From: Vicugna vicugna
Lineage: Eukaryota
DNA length: 64,000 nt
NCBI GenBank assembly: GCA_013265495.1
Contig: MU058824.1
Coordinates: forward strand, 2,941,111 to 3,005,110
Direction of reading: 5' to 3'
Numbering within the stretch: position 1 is the stretch's first letter; every line of letters begins with the position of its first letter. Shown one piece after another: positions 12,211 through 24,860 of the stretch. Both the position numbers and the translations under genes were made by a program. The notes beneath the pieces were generated by a model. It was not told the origin of the DNA, searched no databases, and worked only from the letters and a program-made list of their open reading frames with translations.

Positions 12211-13479
12211 GACTGGCAAGCGTGGCCTGTGCTCAGCAGGCAGTCTTTGGGGTATCTTGCTGAAGAAAGTGTAATGTTATGTTTAATGCTGGGGTCTCTG
12301 GGACATGAGGAAATGGCAGAAGCCATTGAAGCTGGAGCCCCTGCCAGGTCCCAGGCTCTGTACTAGGCCCTTTGACATACCCACTCATTAAACCTCACCG
12401 TGTCCCTGCAAAGGAGGTGTTGTCTCATTTCACAGGTGAGGGAGACTGAGGACAAGTAGAAGTGAGAGGCTCAGACCTGCATCTATAGAACATGGAGGCA
12501 AGGAGCTGAAGGAGGTGGGGCTGGGACACCTGCCGGGAGCCCAGGCTCTGGGGAGTGTCCACCACTGCCTGGCCTCTTTGGAGTGGAGCCAGGCTCCTCC
12601 TGGGTGCTGCCGTGAACCTCAGCAGTGAGGAGATGGTTAGCTGGGTGGAACTGTCCTATGGGACTTTGGCTTTTTAATGAGGCACACCCACGGGTGCCAG
12701 GTCCAAGGCAGGGCAGTTGGAGTTCACCAGAAATCTGTTAATATCTCAGGCTTTCTCTCTCTGAAGAAGCTTTCTTCTATAGCTGCTCTGTGCTTTCTTC
12801 CTACCTTGGAGACTATGCCTAAATTTACCCCCCCCCTTTTTTTTTTTACCTTTTTTGTTTTTTAAGGAAATAGGTGATTAAACAGGACGTTTTCTGGTTG
12901 TGATGACCTTGCGGCAGCTCTCTTTGACTTGGAATTCTTTGTGTGTAACGTCACCGTCACCGCAGGACTGATGGCAGGGATGGGGGCTGGGGTGAGCCAG
13001 CACGGCATAAATGTTCCAGGAAATAGCTCACTGAGCTGCCTTGAAGCTCCCGGGGGAGAGCAGGATAAGGAGGCCGTGCTGGGGTCGGCAGCGGAGCAGG
13101 AGGTGGCACGGAACAAGTTACATTCAGTCTCTTATGGTGATGTTTTTTGCTGCTGTCATACTTATGTGTATGTGTGCACTTAGCTTCTAGTAACTGGGCA
13201 GGCATCTTTGGTACGGAGAGTAATGTTGCTGGGAAGAGCGTGGCCTCTCTTGTGCTGGTTTGGAAGGAGCCCAGGCTTGAGCCAAGCAGATCCGGGATGG
13301 CCACTTGCCACCAAAGTGACCCCTGGGCCTCAGTTCCCATTGAGAAGCACAGCCTTAGAGTGGGCAGTCAATAGTACTTCCAGCTGCTTTTGGCTGCGAG
13401 CTGGCTGTCTGACTCTGGCAGCACGTTCTGTGCCTCTGTTTTCACCTGTTTATGGAGTGATGGGTCGGTAATAACAGCA

Positions 13480-13690
13480 GCGGCGTGGAGGCCACTGCTA
13501 GGTTCTCTCGTACTTGTTTACGGCACTTGGTGTGACATTGGATCCTCACCATCGCTCTTTGAAGTATAGGTGCCCATTTTACCAATAAAGAAACTGAGGC
13601 ACAGAAAGATTAAGTAACTAGTCCAAGGCAACATAGCTGGGTAGTCATTTGGGGGGCTGTCTTCCAAGGCCTTCTTTTAACCACCGTGCA
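13480..13690 (-). mobile_element. MIR fragment
   Basis: gatcctcacc...cccattttaccaataaagaaactgaggcacagaaagattaagtaactagtccaagg. Confidence 0.7.
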
Positions 13691-15614
13691 GGACTTCTTT
13701 CAGGGCCTGTCCAGCCCCAGCGCACTCACTGCAGCTTGATTTTCAGGCTCCCCAGCATGGGGAACACGGCCCGTGATTAACTGATGAGGTTTTGTTCTCT
13801 GTGTCCTTGGCTCCATGCAGCAGGTGATGGGGAGCTGGTGGGAGGTGTGCTTTTGTGAACAGAGAACTCGGCCCAGCCCACTGGCTGTATGGAGGGCATG
13901 GAGAAGCATGCTTGTTTTCTCAGGGGCTCCTCTGACCCCCTCCCCTCTGTCTGCCTCAACTTACTCTCTCTCCCGGGCTCCTCTTTGTGTCACCCAGAGG
14001 AATTAGGCTCTGGCTCCAAAATGGAGGCTCAGCTCTCTATGGAACCTCAGAACCCATGTCTGCCTGGGCCTTACGTTGTGCCCTCATCACCTTTCTCACT
14101 CCAGCAGCCGCTCTGGCAATATCTCCATAACACCCTAGGGCTCTATGGAACCCGGTTAGAAAGCTAGTGACCCAGTCCAGGCTTCCCTTTTTATAAGTAG
14201 GGACACTGAGACTCAAAAAAGTCATGATTCTTTTGAGAACTTTTTTTAGCCCACCAATTAAATGTGAAGCTGTCTTGTGAGGCAGTGAGTTGCCCATCCC
14301 TGGAGGCATCCAAGCAGAGGCAAGACAACCAGCATTGGGAGATGAAGGTATTTAAGTCTCAGATGCGTGGTTGGCTCAAGCGACCTTTCCAGTCTGTGTC
14401 AACTTTGAGCTCCAGGATGTCATGATTCACTGTGTCCTGCCCCATCACCCCATCATTAGACACCCAGCACCAGCCCCGTGAAGGGAGCACCTGAGTAGGA
14501 GAGGATCTGGTTAGCACTGGCAGCTTCCTTTCTCAGTGCCAGCCTGACTCGTGCCAACTGTTCAGTCCCAGTTCCCCTTTTCATCATCCTTGGCTTATCA
14601 CTTGAGGTCAGATTCTGGTCTTGGCCTTTTCCACGTGTAAATTGAAGAGGAAGAATCATACCACTTCTGGGTTTCCTTCCTGCCCCAGTGTCTGTGTAAT
14701 TGGTGCCCCCATGCCAAACCACCCGTTGAGCCAATAGAATTAGCCTCTCCCTAAAGCCCTGCTTTGCAGCCCATTGTTTAATTCTTCCCTGAGTCTTGAT
14801 CCTGGGGCTTGAGGGGTCCAGATGCACAGAGACCTGCTGATGCGGTGGGAAGGCTGCTGGGTTCCAAGTCAGGCTAACTTGGGTGCCTGGGTGGGTCAGG
14901 ATGTGTAGCCTCTTGGAGGCCACAGTGTCCTCATTGTAAATAGAGCATGTAACACTGATGTGAGGCTTGGGTAGAAGAACAAGCTTTGCACATGTGTGTG
15001 ACATTGTTGCTGTTGGGGGTGCAGAGGGTCTGTTTGGTCCTTCACATTGTTTTCTGTGCTGTTAAATCCTCTGGCCAGTCTCCGCTGGGGCCCTTGCCAA
15101 GCCCTGCTGTGTTGGAGTCTGGACCATGGAACCTGGGCAGATACCTCCCTTGCCTCCAGGAATATCCATGAAGCAGGGAGACAGGCATGGAACACGGGTA
15201 GAGGGGCTGGTTGGTATGCAGAGGTGAGCTGGTGAATCCCCAGGAGTTCAGAGAAGAGACAGCAGCTTCCAGTCTGGGCCATCTGAGTGGGGTGGGAGGT
15301 AGAATGGGTGGTGATGAGAGCTGGCAACCAGGCAGAGAAAAGAGCTTGAGCAAAGTTACGGAGGCGTGGGAACTCTCTGCTGGAGAGGAGTGGCGGGAGA
15401 TGAGGCTTCTGATAGGATCCCGACAGGAAAAGCACATGGGGCAAGAGCTTGTAAAGACTGATCAGATCATGAGGCCCTAGTTAGCCTAAAGGCACAGAAT
15501 ATTTCTCACCTGGGATCTTTCCTCCCCAGGCCTTCAGCCCCAGGAATTCTCAGAGGTGCCGCAGTGGTGTTGGTGACAGGGACTGGTGTTGATGACAGGG
15601 ACAGTGGTGGTTAG

Positions 15615-15760
15615 TTTTTTTCAGAGGGCTTTCCTGTGTGCCAGGCTCTGCTCTATGATTAGCTCATTTAATCCTCCAAGGAGCCTGTGAGGTCTAGGTA
15701 TTACGATCAACCCCCCCCCCCATTTTACAGATGAGAATACTGAGTCTCAGAAAGGTTAAT
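15615..15760 (-). mobile_element. MIR fragment
   Basis: tgtgtgccaggctctg...ctcatttaatcctcc...ccccattttacagatgagaatactgagtctcagaaaggttaa. Confidence 0.75.
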
Positions 15761-17011
15761 AAATAAGCAGCAAAACCGGGAAAAGCAGTGCCCTCTGGAG
15801 CCCTCACCTGCAGCTAAAACTCTTGTGTCTGTCCAGGACTCCCAGAGGATCTGCAGAAGTAACTGGGAATTTTACAGTTACTTTGGCTTCCTTTTCAGGT
15901 GTGACTCCCGCCCCTACACCCGGCACCATCCTGTATAAAATTGTTCAAAGTGTCATCTCACAGGATGAATCACAGAAGCATTAATTGAAAACATTTTCAT
16001 ATAATTTTTAATATGTAAGCAATTATACATTAAAAAGTCCTCAGCATGTTTTTATTATTAAATCAACTTTATAGCATAATAAGAGGAAATTAAAAGAAAG
16101 CCATTTCACACACAGCCCTGCTGCCCTGGCGTGGCTGTTTGTTTGCCTTGCTCACAACTTGCCTTCTGTCCCTTTTAACTCCATGTGCTAGTAGGCACGC
16201 TTCTGCTTGAAGCCCAGAGAAGGGCATGAACTGACCAGAGTCACACAGCAGCAAGCCGCAGAGCAAGTCTTCTGACTTTTAACACAGGGCTCCTGGGCTT
16301 TGTTTTGAAATGTTTGAAACCTGCTCTTGCACCTCCTGCCTGACAGACAAGGCTTGGTCGTGGACTGTGCTGAGTTCCCTGGCTGGTCTATCATTTACCA
16401 GAATGACTTACCTACCGGACAGGAAGCAGATAATCAAGTGTAAATAGATTTTGTATTAGTCACCCGATGACTTTCCTGTTCTTGAGAAACAGTACAGCTT
16501 ACACGCCCAGCCCGTTGGTGCTCACCTGCTGAGCTCCAGGCTCAGGGAGGCCAGGCAGGGATGGGAGCTGCCTAGGAGGGGAGCAGGAAGCCAAGGTTTC
16601 CATGGTGACCAATGGGCCCACACTGGTAGTCGCTTTCTCACCCCACACACCCTTTTGACCCTTGACACTGAGCTTGTTCAGCTTTTCAGGAAAGTTGCAG
16701 CAGGATTAGGACAGGCCACAGAAAGCTGACAGTCATAGACTGTACCCCTGCTATGGGCCAGACCCTGGCCTCTGTCACATGGGGACCCCTTGTTGCCTGG
16801 GGGAGATGAAGTAAGAACTCAGTAAATAATTTTTGAATGTTTGAGGCTGTTATTAATTCCAGGGACCCAGGGCTGACAGACTGACATGCTGAGGCCCCCT
16901 CAGGAGCCCAGAGACATCCTGTCTACCTCTGAAGAGTGCCAGATCTGAAAAGTTTGAGTTTAAGCAGTTGCTAACTGGGTAGGGATGTAGGGAAGGAGCT
17001 GGCTTGGCCTC

Positions 17012-17044
17012 TGGGTGGGAGTTGGGTGGGAGTTGGGTGGGAGT
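17012..17044 (+). repeat. Tandem repeat (TGGGTGGGAGT)x3
   Basis: Three perfect 11-bp copies. Confidence 0.9.
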
Positions 17045-19138
17045 CAGGCAGGAGACCCTTGGAGCTTTGCTCCGTCTTGGAGACCAGTTCTGTCCCTACG
17101 CTGGGGGACTGCCTGGCGAGGTCCAGTTGTGCCTCTTCTCCCTGCTCCCTCCTGGCTGAGAGCTCCCTGAAGGAGGGGACTGGGTCTTACTGTCCTCATG
17201 TCTCCTCTGGCTGAGTACATATTCACCAATTGAATGAATGAGCTCAGGAATACAAGTCTATATGGAAAATGAATGAACAAAAAGGAAGCGAACAGTAAAC
17301 AATTATTTACTGTAAACAACTTTTCCCATTTTGCAAGACACGCTTGCCTAGAGTCATAGGGCCTGAATCAGGGAACAAAGTGCAATATGTTCGTTCAGTG
17401 GATGGGTGTTTGCGATTCACTGGATGGGTCTCCCCCAGAGGGGAGACAGAACTGATCTCCACTGTGTGCTGGCATCATTCTGTGCTCTTGAGGCTGAGCA
17501 GTGAACAAAGCGGAGTCCCCGTTCTTGTGAAGCTTTCACTCTGGGTGCAGAATCAAAGGGGAGTGTTATGTAACTGTGATTCCCATAAACTCATTTCTGG
17601 GAACTCTGGTATGGGGAGGTCTGTATCCCAGACACTCCACAGCCTCTGATCACTGTAGCTGAAGGGCTTTCTCACAAGTCAAGAGCAGAGTGGAGACTTG
17701 TCCCCAGAGCGCTGGCCACCTTCAGGACATAGTATGGCCTCATTTCTGTCTTCAGAGTTTGAGGGACACAGCTCTGGCCCAGCGGCTGCAGCTGCATTCT
17801 TCTCTCTTTTTGGCTTCGGTGCAGGAGCGCAGACTCTGGGGTTGTCATGGATTTTCCCAGAGCAGCAAGCACCATCCTGTGTGCTGGCACCAGCCTCTTA
17901 GGTATGAGGGCCCAGGATGCTGGCTGGGATATCTTGCTGAGCACTTGGCAGTGAGGGCCCAGACGCCCAGGACTGCGGCCCCTATCTCCTTCTCTTTCCT
18001 GGCAGCTGTGAAAGAAAAGGCATCCTCCCAAAGGTAGAAATGAAGGAATAGGAATATGAAATAGAGGAGCTCACTTCCCCATTTACCCCTTGCCCTTCAG
18101 AATCCCAGAGAGACATTAAAAGATCTGAAGGCACAGAAACTGATGGAAATGCCTGTCCAGAAGTAGACTTAAGTCCGTCAGCAGCAAAGCTGCAGGTATC
18201 CTCTGCCTACCCACCAAAGCCTTGTGTGTGAGCAGAGCATGGAGGCTGTGGGGAAGCACCACCTGTCCTGAGCCGGTTAGGAAGTTGTTTAGGACGTCGC
18301 ACCGCTTGGGTGCAGAGGATGTATTAGAGCAAACAGAAGCAGGAGGCGGGGAGACTGGTTCTGTGGTTCTGTGGCTACAATAGTCATCTAGGCCAGGGGC
18401 GTGAGACCAGAGCCAGGGTACTGTAGGGTGCTGCAGCCAGGAGTGGGTGGGTGGGGCGGAAGAGCTTGCCAGCCTTGGGGTGCAGTGGGTAGGAAGGAGG
18501 GAGGAGCTGGGATCCTGGTGAGTGGGAGGATGAGTGTCCGTTACGATGGGGACTGTCCTATCTGAGAAGAGGAAGGAAGGTTCTTGGGGGAGGATTCAGT
18601 GGGTTCAGACTTGGCATCATTGCATTCATGTGTTCAGAGGAGGGCTCCTGGGCTCTAGTGGCATTGGGGCCACCCTGGGGGGTGGCACAGGGGAGGAGCT
18701 GGTTTGCAAGGGTGAGCAGGAAGACTGCCTACCGCAGTTTCTGCCCCTCCAGAAGCCCTGAAGAGGGAGATTTAGTGATTTGCCCCACACCCTATTATTT
18801 GACTAATTAATTAGTACCCTCCTCTAACTAGGGCTCAGGTTGGCTTTCTGGAAGTTTGTAATGATGACAGAGGCTGTATTTAAAGGACATCTTTTACAGA
18901 TTATGCCAGAATATCCCTAAGGCTCTGAGAGGAAGCAGTGTCATTATTTCCATTTTGCAGATGAGAAAGCTGAGTCTTGTAGGCTAACTGGAACCGAGTC
19001 CAATTTCAGGCCCCCCTCTCTCTGTGGGATCAGTGCCTGGCTGTGCAAGGGAGGGATGCTGAGTAACAATAGGTTTGCTTTTTTTTTTAATGTGGCCTTT
19101 CCATCCATGGGGTAACTTGACAGGTGCCTGAAGCTCAG

Positions 19139-19164
19139 TCCTCCTCCTCCTCCTCCCCCTCCTC
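19139..19164. repeat. Imperfect (TCC)n trinucleotide run
   Basis: tcctcctcctcctcctccccctcctc. Confidence 0.8.
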
Positions 19165-22100
19165 GGTAGTCCTGCCTTTCAGCTCTTTCACCTGGCGTGG
19201 TGTCCAAGTGTTTTAATGTGATACTCTGCCTCCTTTTCAGTCCTTTTCTGAAATTGGCAATGTGAGCATAAATAAATAAAATGCCACTTTTCTCTCCCTT
19301 CCAGAATACAGGCTTCTGATTGTACTTGGTGACCTAAAAATTGACGCACTGGAGAAGGGTCGCCTCCTGGGGCCCAGGCTTCACTGTGGGTCCTCCCTGG
19401 TCTAGCTCCGCAGTCACTCTTTGTGCAATCATGCTGATACAGCACTTACCACACTGCCTTGTGATTTACCTTTTGGGTTGGAGGCCCCTGGAGGGCAGGG
19501 ACCACAGGACTTGGAACTCTTGCCCTCAGACTGTCAGTGCCCAGTGTTTGCGATACTGGCCTGGAAATTTCCAGTGAAGAATGTCCCCAGGTGGAGTGTT
19601 TTGGAATGATCGGTAAACTCTTCCCCCAGGGTTATAGGCTTTCAGGTTCCAAGCTGGGTCTCGAGTCCCCAGCTGGCTCAGCCCTCGGTCCTGGCCAGGG
19701 GTCTCCATGTCCCTCTCTCTGATCCTGGGCTCAGCCCGCTGCCTGCATCTGTGTAAGTTCACTTCCATCGCCAGGTCTGGTGTCTCCATGCGGCGACAGG
19801 CACATACACTCATGTTCCTGAGCCCCAACCACAAAGCCCTCCAGACTAGGGGTCCTTCCAAGTCTGCATTGCCCTTCTTGGCCCCTGGTGTCTCTGGCTC
19901 CCCCTCTAGCTGGGTGCCCGAGTGTCTGGGCCCTCGTCTCCCTCACTGACCAGCCTTCCTCAGGCTTCTCTTCAACACCAGTGTCCCGTCTGCCGAAGCT
20001 GGCACTCCTCTGGCCCGACCCACAACCTCCCCAGCCAGCAGGCCTGGCACAGTGCAGGGTCGGGGAGAGTCTGCTTCCGTCCATCTCATCTTCAGTGGGC
20101 TCCAACTCTGCTTTTGTTCAAGCTCTCCCTTGCCTTCTAACCCCAGCCTGGCCTGCCAGCTTCCTTCAAAGCCACCAACCAGCTTCTTTCCCTAAACTCC
20201 CACAGTTTTAACTTAGAACTGACCAGTCTGCATCCAGTCAGGACCCTTGCCCTTCAGAGATCCCTCCTCAGTCCCCTTAAGGCCCAGGAAGGCAGTACAT
20301 GAGGTTCTTTCCATTTTACTGGTGAGAAAGCAAGAGCAGAGGCTGGAGCAAGTGCCAGGGGCCACAAGGAGGGCTTCTGGCATCCTGGGAGCTGTGTTCC
20401 AGAGGCCAGGCAGGGGTGGGTCAGGTAGCAGTGGGGTAGGGGGAGGACCTCAGGCCGGGGGAAAGCCATGGATCTGAGGATGGTGAAGACGGAGATGGGC
20501 AGCCATGGGGTCAGACGGGATGGATGGCTCAGGGCCAGCTCCTGCCTTCCCCAGTGACAAAAAAGCAGAAGCCTGAAGTGGGGAGGGGCCCCGCCCACAG
20601 CCTGGGAGACCTGAAGAACATCTAGTGGGTGACAGTGCCTGCCTCACCTCAACCTCACCTTCCTTGGCCTCTTCTAGGGCTTTATTCCCATTCCCTAGCT
20701 CAGAGCTGCTTCTGCAGAGAGTCTTTGCTAAGAAAGAGTTAATGTTGGGCCCAGCTGCCACTGGGGGAAACGGGGTAGGGTGGTTGGAGGGTGGGGTGGT
20801 GTCAAGAGCCAGTAAGGTAGAGGAGGGACAGCCTCACCCTTCAAGGTAAAGCTGAGGAGGGGGCTTTGTCCAGCATCTGTTGTGCCCCTGCTGTGCTGGG
20901 AGTTTGAAGCCCACCTGGGCCTGCCGCCTGGAAGGCGATTCCAGTGGGAGGTGGCATGTGCCATGTAACTCACTGCATCAGGGCTTGAGGATGTCAGGTG
21001 TGGGCACAGAAGTGAGTACCTGGGGGCTAAGAGGGAGGATGTGGACTGGTCTGCCTGGGTTGGGGGCATGGGTGAGAACAGACTTCTCCACTTGGTGCCT
21101 GGCCTGGGAAGGGCGGTGGGAGCATAGGCAACAAGGGGCGTGGGCCAGCCCCATGCTCCAAGGACAGGCCTGGAAGGAATTGCTGCAGGACTGGCCCCGA
21201 CAGACCCCAAGGAGGCCCTGCATTTTTGTCAGAATTGCGAAAAGACACCCACCCAGGGCAGGCACACTGGGGCTGTTGGCTTGCTTACCTCTGCCCCATC
21301 ATTGTTGAGTTGAGCCTCAGAGGAAACTAGGTGATGTTTTCATTATTTTCGTAATTTACACCAAGAAATTAGGAAGAAGGGTTTATTTGTTATTAATGTA
21401 CTCAGCCTGTTTGCCCCCAAGACTTGAAACTAATTTTTATCTGGACCAAGATTTGTTGTAAATTCCCAAGGCTCCCCGTGCTAATGAAAAGCTCCGGGCT
21501 GCCTGTAGGGCCCCAGCCCCACGCCCTGCCTCAGTCCTCAGTGTTCACAGGAGAAGGATGGAGTCTCTGGGGCTGAGACCAAGGAATTTCCTCTGGTTCC
21601 ATGAAACCCTCAGGCCTCCCAGCCTGCAGAGGACTTGGTGCTGAGTCTTGGAGTCAGTGCTTCATCTCAGATCCGCCATCTGTCTTTAGCTGTCTTTGAC
21701 CTGAACTGTATGTGGTTCTGTTTGAAAAGCTTGAACTCGGATGCTAAAACCAATCATCTTTGGTTGAGTGAGGATTTTAGAGCCGCGCTAGACTAGAGGA
21801 CTATCTGCTCGCCCCCTTGTTTTATAGGTGAAGAAACAGAAGGCCTGGGGGTGGGGTGGCGCAGCCCAGTGAGTGCTGGAGAGGTGACGTCCTTAGCCCA
21901 GGGCTCCTTCCAGTCTCCACAGTGTGGTTGGGGAAGTGACCCAAGGCCTCCTGCAGCCAGTGTCCCCTTGTCTCTAGGGAGTTCCTTACCTGTAAATGAC
22001 CCACTCCTTCCTGCATCCCCTGCGCTTTGCAGTGGCTGGCACTCTTGGGAGTTTTCACCTTTGCCCAGTCACCATGGAGAATGAAACAGGCCCTCCCCCT

Positions 22101-24089
22101 GCCTTCCTCTCCTGGAGCCCCATCTAGGTCAGTCTGTTGCTCTGCCTCTAGGGTCCTGTCTGCAAGGAGCAATGTCTCTTCCTTTTCTGGGACTTAAGAG
22201 TCTATGAGGAAAACTTGTCTTGGTTTCAGGGAATCTGTAGATCTGTGGATATTTCTAATTAATATTGTTAGATGAGTTGGCCTTTCTCTAATTTCTTCCA
22301 GGACCTTGGCTATCAGTTATATGTGTGGGGTGATTGTCATAACAGTTTATATTTGCTTCTCCTTTTACTAATTATATAAGTGCTTTCTTAGACATCTCAT
22401 TTCATCCTTGGAATGACCTTGGAGGGCAGCCTTGTTATTCTATTAAGATAGAGAAACTGCAAACTGGGGAATGAAGGCAGCCTGCACAGGGTCACCCAGC
22501 AGCAGGGCCGGGGCGTGTGCTCAGGTCTCAGGACTCCAGGTCCAGTGCTCACTTGCTGTATCACATCAGTCCCTGTCCCTGCCCCTTTCTTCCATTCACC
22601 AGAGCCTCTGCTCTGAGCTAGGTCCTGCGGGGAGGGGTCACAGTGCTCATGCCTTCCAGAGCTCACGAGCTGGAAGGGAAGGAGACGTCTTATCTACAGA
22701 GGCCTCAGCGGGGAAGTGTGGGTGAACTGCTGAGTGCTTGAGTCACCATTCAGGCTCGTTGGCAGACGCTGGGGGGAGATAGCCCTCTGTACCGGCAAGT
22801 GCCTGGCCTCCAGGGGAACCTTGGTTCCCTCTGAGGTCAGGGGCTGCCTGTCACCCCAATGTCCCCCAGCACCTGGTCTCATTCTGCAGCAAGGTGGAAC
22901 TGCAGAGGACCCAGCTCTCCTGGATGAGACTTCCAGGTCAAACCATCCAAAGGGCTGGGTCCACAGAAGCCACCGGAGGCTAAGGGACAGGGCCGTGCAG
23001 GCCTTCCCCATCCACAGAGAGCCTGTGTGTTTTTTGCACACAGGGTGAGGAGAGGCGCAATTGTGTCTGGAAAGAGCCCCGGGTTTGACACTAGACACAG
23101 AGCTATAATTATCATCCTTAATTACATGACAGTGACTCTGCCAGGGAGACGGGCTGGACTATTATCTCCTCTCCTGACAAGGGTGGTTCTGTCTCCCTTT
23201 ATGAGTACTGACATAAACAGCACACACACACTTGAGATTTCAAAATTATGAAAGGCCCATTTAGAGTCACCTACCAAGGACTCCTGGCTTCTTCTCCCGG
23301 AGAAAGGGGCCAGCCAGGCAGAAGCCATGCAAGAGGTTTCTTGCCTGCTGCTGAAAGAGAATGCCCACTTAACCTCTGCGGTGACGTGATCTCTAACACT
23401 GGAAGAAGAGAACACACCTTTTCCTGATGCTTAAAGAAAAGAAGACTGGCAGAAGACTACATAACTATAGCCCTTGTGTTTATGTTGAGCACATCCATGT
23501 TCCTTTGATTGTGAGAACACCCTGGAGAGGTTGAGAGGGCATGTGGTATTATCCTCATTATGTAGGTGGGGAGATGAAGGCTCAGAGAGGTTAGGGCACT
23601 TTCCTGAAATCACACAGGAAACCAGGACTAGAGCCCCAGTAGCTGATTATAAGCCAGGCTTCCACGCACACACAGGGGTTTCTGTGGTTCATTCTGGGTG
23701 TTCCCTCAGCCCTTGATGTGCTCTGAGGCTCTCATTCTGGTCCAGAGCACGTTGCACTTCATAGGGCTGTGATGAGGGCGGCTCCCAGAGACTCTGGAAT
23801 CATGCTAGAGTCCCCAGATTGACTGTACAAATGAGCCACATGTTGCAGACAGAATAAGCCTGCCTGGCCTCAGAGCAGGTCTGCCAGGCCAGGAGCATGC
23901 AATGCAGTGCAGGAGATGTGCAGGCACAGTGGGACACCTGCCCAGGCTCTCTGCCCCTGCCGTGCTCTCTGAGCAGCCAAAAGACAGTCTCTAAAACATG
24001 AAGAGTGTCAGGCCAGCACCCTGCCCACCACCCTGGGTTGGGTTGAGGAGCAAGCTGCCCTGAAGACACGAGTTCAGGGCCTTCCAATG

Positions 24090-24270
24090 TCAGTTTGTGC
24101 CGTAGTCACATGGGAAAGCTAAGTGAGGTGTGTGTGCCATATTGTAAATGCAGGTTCCTAGGCCCCACTCCTTATAGCTCTCACTGGGGCCCAGGAATCT
24201 GCATTTTAATGGCCTGCTCCATGACTCTGGGACAGATGGTTCTGTGGTTACATAGGCCCTGCTTTAGCCT
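24090..24270. mobile_element. MER5-type DNA transposon relic
   Basis: taaatgcaggttcctaggccccact...ggggcccaggaatctgcattttaa. Confidence 0.6.
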
Positions 24271-24723
24271 GGGGTCTCCATCAGTTCTGATGCTCTGGTC
24301 TGGCCTGCCAGCAGCATTGCTCTCCCTGGCTTCTTGGCTCATTCTCTTTCTGCCCTCCTGCAGGGGCATGGACATCCATTCCGGTGTCTCCTTGAATTAC
24401 GCTGTACAAGTCCAAAGCAACAGGGTCTGCAGAGAAGAGCAGAAACCCCTGCTCTGGGGGTGGGCAGTGCGGGGCGCCTGACTGCATGAGGGCCCAGCCG
24501 TGCAAGCTCATCTTGTTAGCTTTACAGAGCTGTGATTTCGCTGCAAGAATCTTGTATATCTTTGAACTGACAGATAGCACAGGGCTAGCGTGGAGGCTGT
24601 GCTGTAGTTCAGGGAGGAATTGTGAGCTGAAGGACCCCAGAGATCATCCTGGCTCCACTGACTCCTGGTTTGAGTGTGAACAAGGCGCTGCCCCTATGGG
24701 CTTCGATTCCGTGTCCTCATCTC

Positions 24724-24860
24724 TTTTTTTAAAAAATAGTTAATTTATTTGTTTGGTGGTGGGGTAATTAGGTTTGTTTGTTTATATGGAGGTACTGGAG
24801 ATTGAACCCGGGACCTCGTGCATGCTAAGCACTCACTCTGCCACTGAGCTATACCTTCCC
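24724..24860 (-). mobile_element. tRNA-Ala-derived SINE (camelid Vic-1-like), antisense copy
   Basis: Reverse complement reads GGGAAGGTATAGCTCAGTGGCAGAGTGAGTGCTTAGCATGCACGAGGTCCCGGGTTCAATCTCCAGTACCTCCATATAAACAAACAAACCTAATTACCCC followed by an A-rich tail. Same family as the 44.1 kb copy. Confidence 0.87.

Noticed and set aside
15565..15602. 19-bp direct duplication (and similar short ones near 26254-26294, 45035-45080 and 54111-54131)
   Set aside because: Two-copy slippage duplications with no spacer-array structure. Not CRISPR-like and common in mammalian introns.
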